Of a DNA stretch of 64,000 bases, positions 63,405 through 64,000 are shown piece after piece. The notes beneath the pieces are model-generated. The model had not been told where the DNA came from. It made no database searches and was given only the letters and a program-made list of their open reading frames with translations. Positions within the stretch are counted from its first letter, which is position 1; each line of letters starts with the position of its first letter. A program made the position numbers and the translations under genes. This DNA comes from an uncultured Thalassolituus sp. (GTDB lineage Bacteria > Pseudomonadota > Gammaproteobacteria > Pseudomonadales > Oceanobacteraceae): NCBI GenBank assembly GCA_913061435.1, contig CAJXUK010000015.1, positions 324 to 64,323 of the forward strand, given 5' to 3'.

Positions 63405-63992
63405 ATGAAAAAATTATTACTAACAGCAGTGACAACTTCAGCGTTAACACTGGCTTCATTATTTTCAGTGTCAGCACAAGCAGCAGACTACAAAATTGAT
63501 ACAGCCGGCGCTCATGCCTTTGTTCAATTTAAAATTCAGCACCTAGGTTATAGTTGGTTACTTGGTCGTTTTAATACTTTTGATGGTGAGTTTTCTTATG
63601 ACTCAGCAGCACCAGAAAAATCTGAAATCGAAGTCGTTATCGAAACCGCCAGTATTGATTCAAACCATGCTGAGCGTGATAAGCATCTAAAAGGATCTGA
63701 TTTCTTAGACGTTAAGAAATTCCCAAAAGCGGTTTTCAAAAGCACCAAGTTTGAAGCTAAAGACGCAGACAATGCTATTGTAACCGGTACGTTTAAACTA
63801 CACGGCGTAGAAAAAACAATCTCTTTCCCAGTACAAAAAATTGGTGAAGGTAAAGATCCATGGGGTGGCTACCGCGTAGGCTTTGAAGGTAAGACTTCTT
63901 TAAAACTAGCAGACTACGGTATTACTTATAACTTAGGCCCTGCTTCTACTCATGTAGAAATTGAATTGTACATCGAAGGTATTCGTCAGTAA
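63405..63992 (+). CDS. yceI: YceI family periplasmic polyisoprenoid-binding protein
   Basis: YKID..GAHAFVQFKIQHLG, SIDSNHAERDKHL, DPWGGYRVGF. Confidence 0.93.
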   Translation: MKKLLLTAVTTSALTLASLFSVSAQAADYKIDTAGAHAFVQFKIQHLGYSWLLGRFNTFDGEFSYDSAAPEKSEIEVVIETASIDSNHAERDKHLKGSDFLDVKKFPKAVFKSTKFEAKDADNAIVTGTFKLHGVEKTISFPVQKIGEGKDPWGGYRVGFEGKTSLKLADYGITYNLGPASTHVEIELYIEGIRQ

Positions 63993-64000
63993 TGCCCATC

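Overview
Replication-origin region of a low-GC marine gammaproteobacterial chromosome. Gene order is Pseudomonas/Oceanospirillales-like; this taxonomy is inferred from synteny, not from a search. Core content: atpB(partial)-atpI, parB-parA-rsmG, mnmG, mnmE-yidC-yidD-rnpA-rpmH, dnaA-dnaN-recF-gyrB, gmhB, glyS-glyQ, trkH-trkA-rsmB-fmt-def, lysM-dprA-tsaC-hemF-aroE, htpX, a diguanylate cyclase, dsbA, cytochromes c4 and c5, engB, polA, thrB, znuA/zur-znuCB, SCO, a DinF-like MATE, a LysR regulator and yceJ-yceI. Two GATC-free DnaA-box clusters (upstream of mnmG and between rpmH and dnaA) and two perfect parS sites inside recF are visible. No rRNA, tRNA, CRISPR array or intact transposase was seen. 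Best leads: (1) a four-hairpin candidate sRNA at the polA/engB (Spot 42/ErsA) position whose two last loops both carry CCCCAA; (2) a REC-TPR regulator whose acidic-pocket N-terminus lies out of frame across an A7 run, next to a sensor-less histidine kinase; (3) a hemerythrin-DUF2249-membrane protein operon behind an FNR/DNR-type site at -41.5; (4) an internally deleted hipA with an intact XRE antitoxin and a 41-bp-periodic operator array, inserted between mnmG and rsmG; (5) a GlyGly-CTERM metallopeptidase with cadherin-like repeats and a small partner, appended to zur-znuCB. All family assignments come from recognised motifs and synteny; no database was searched.
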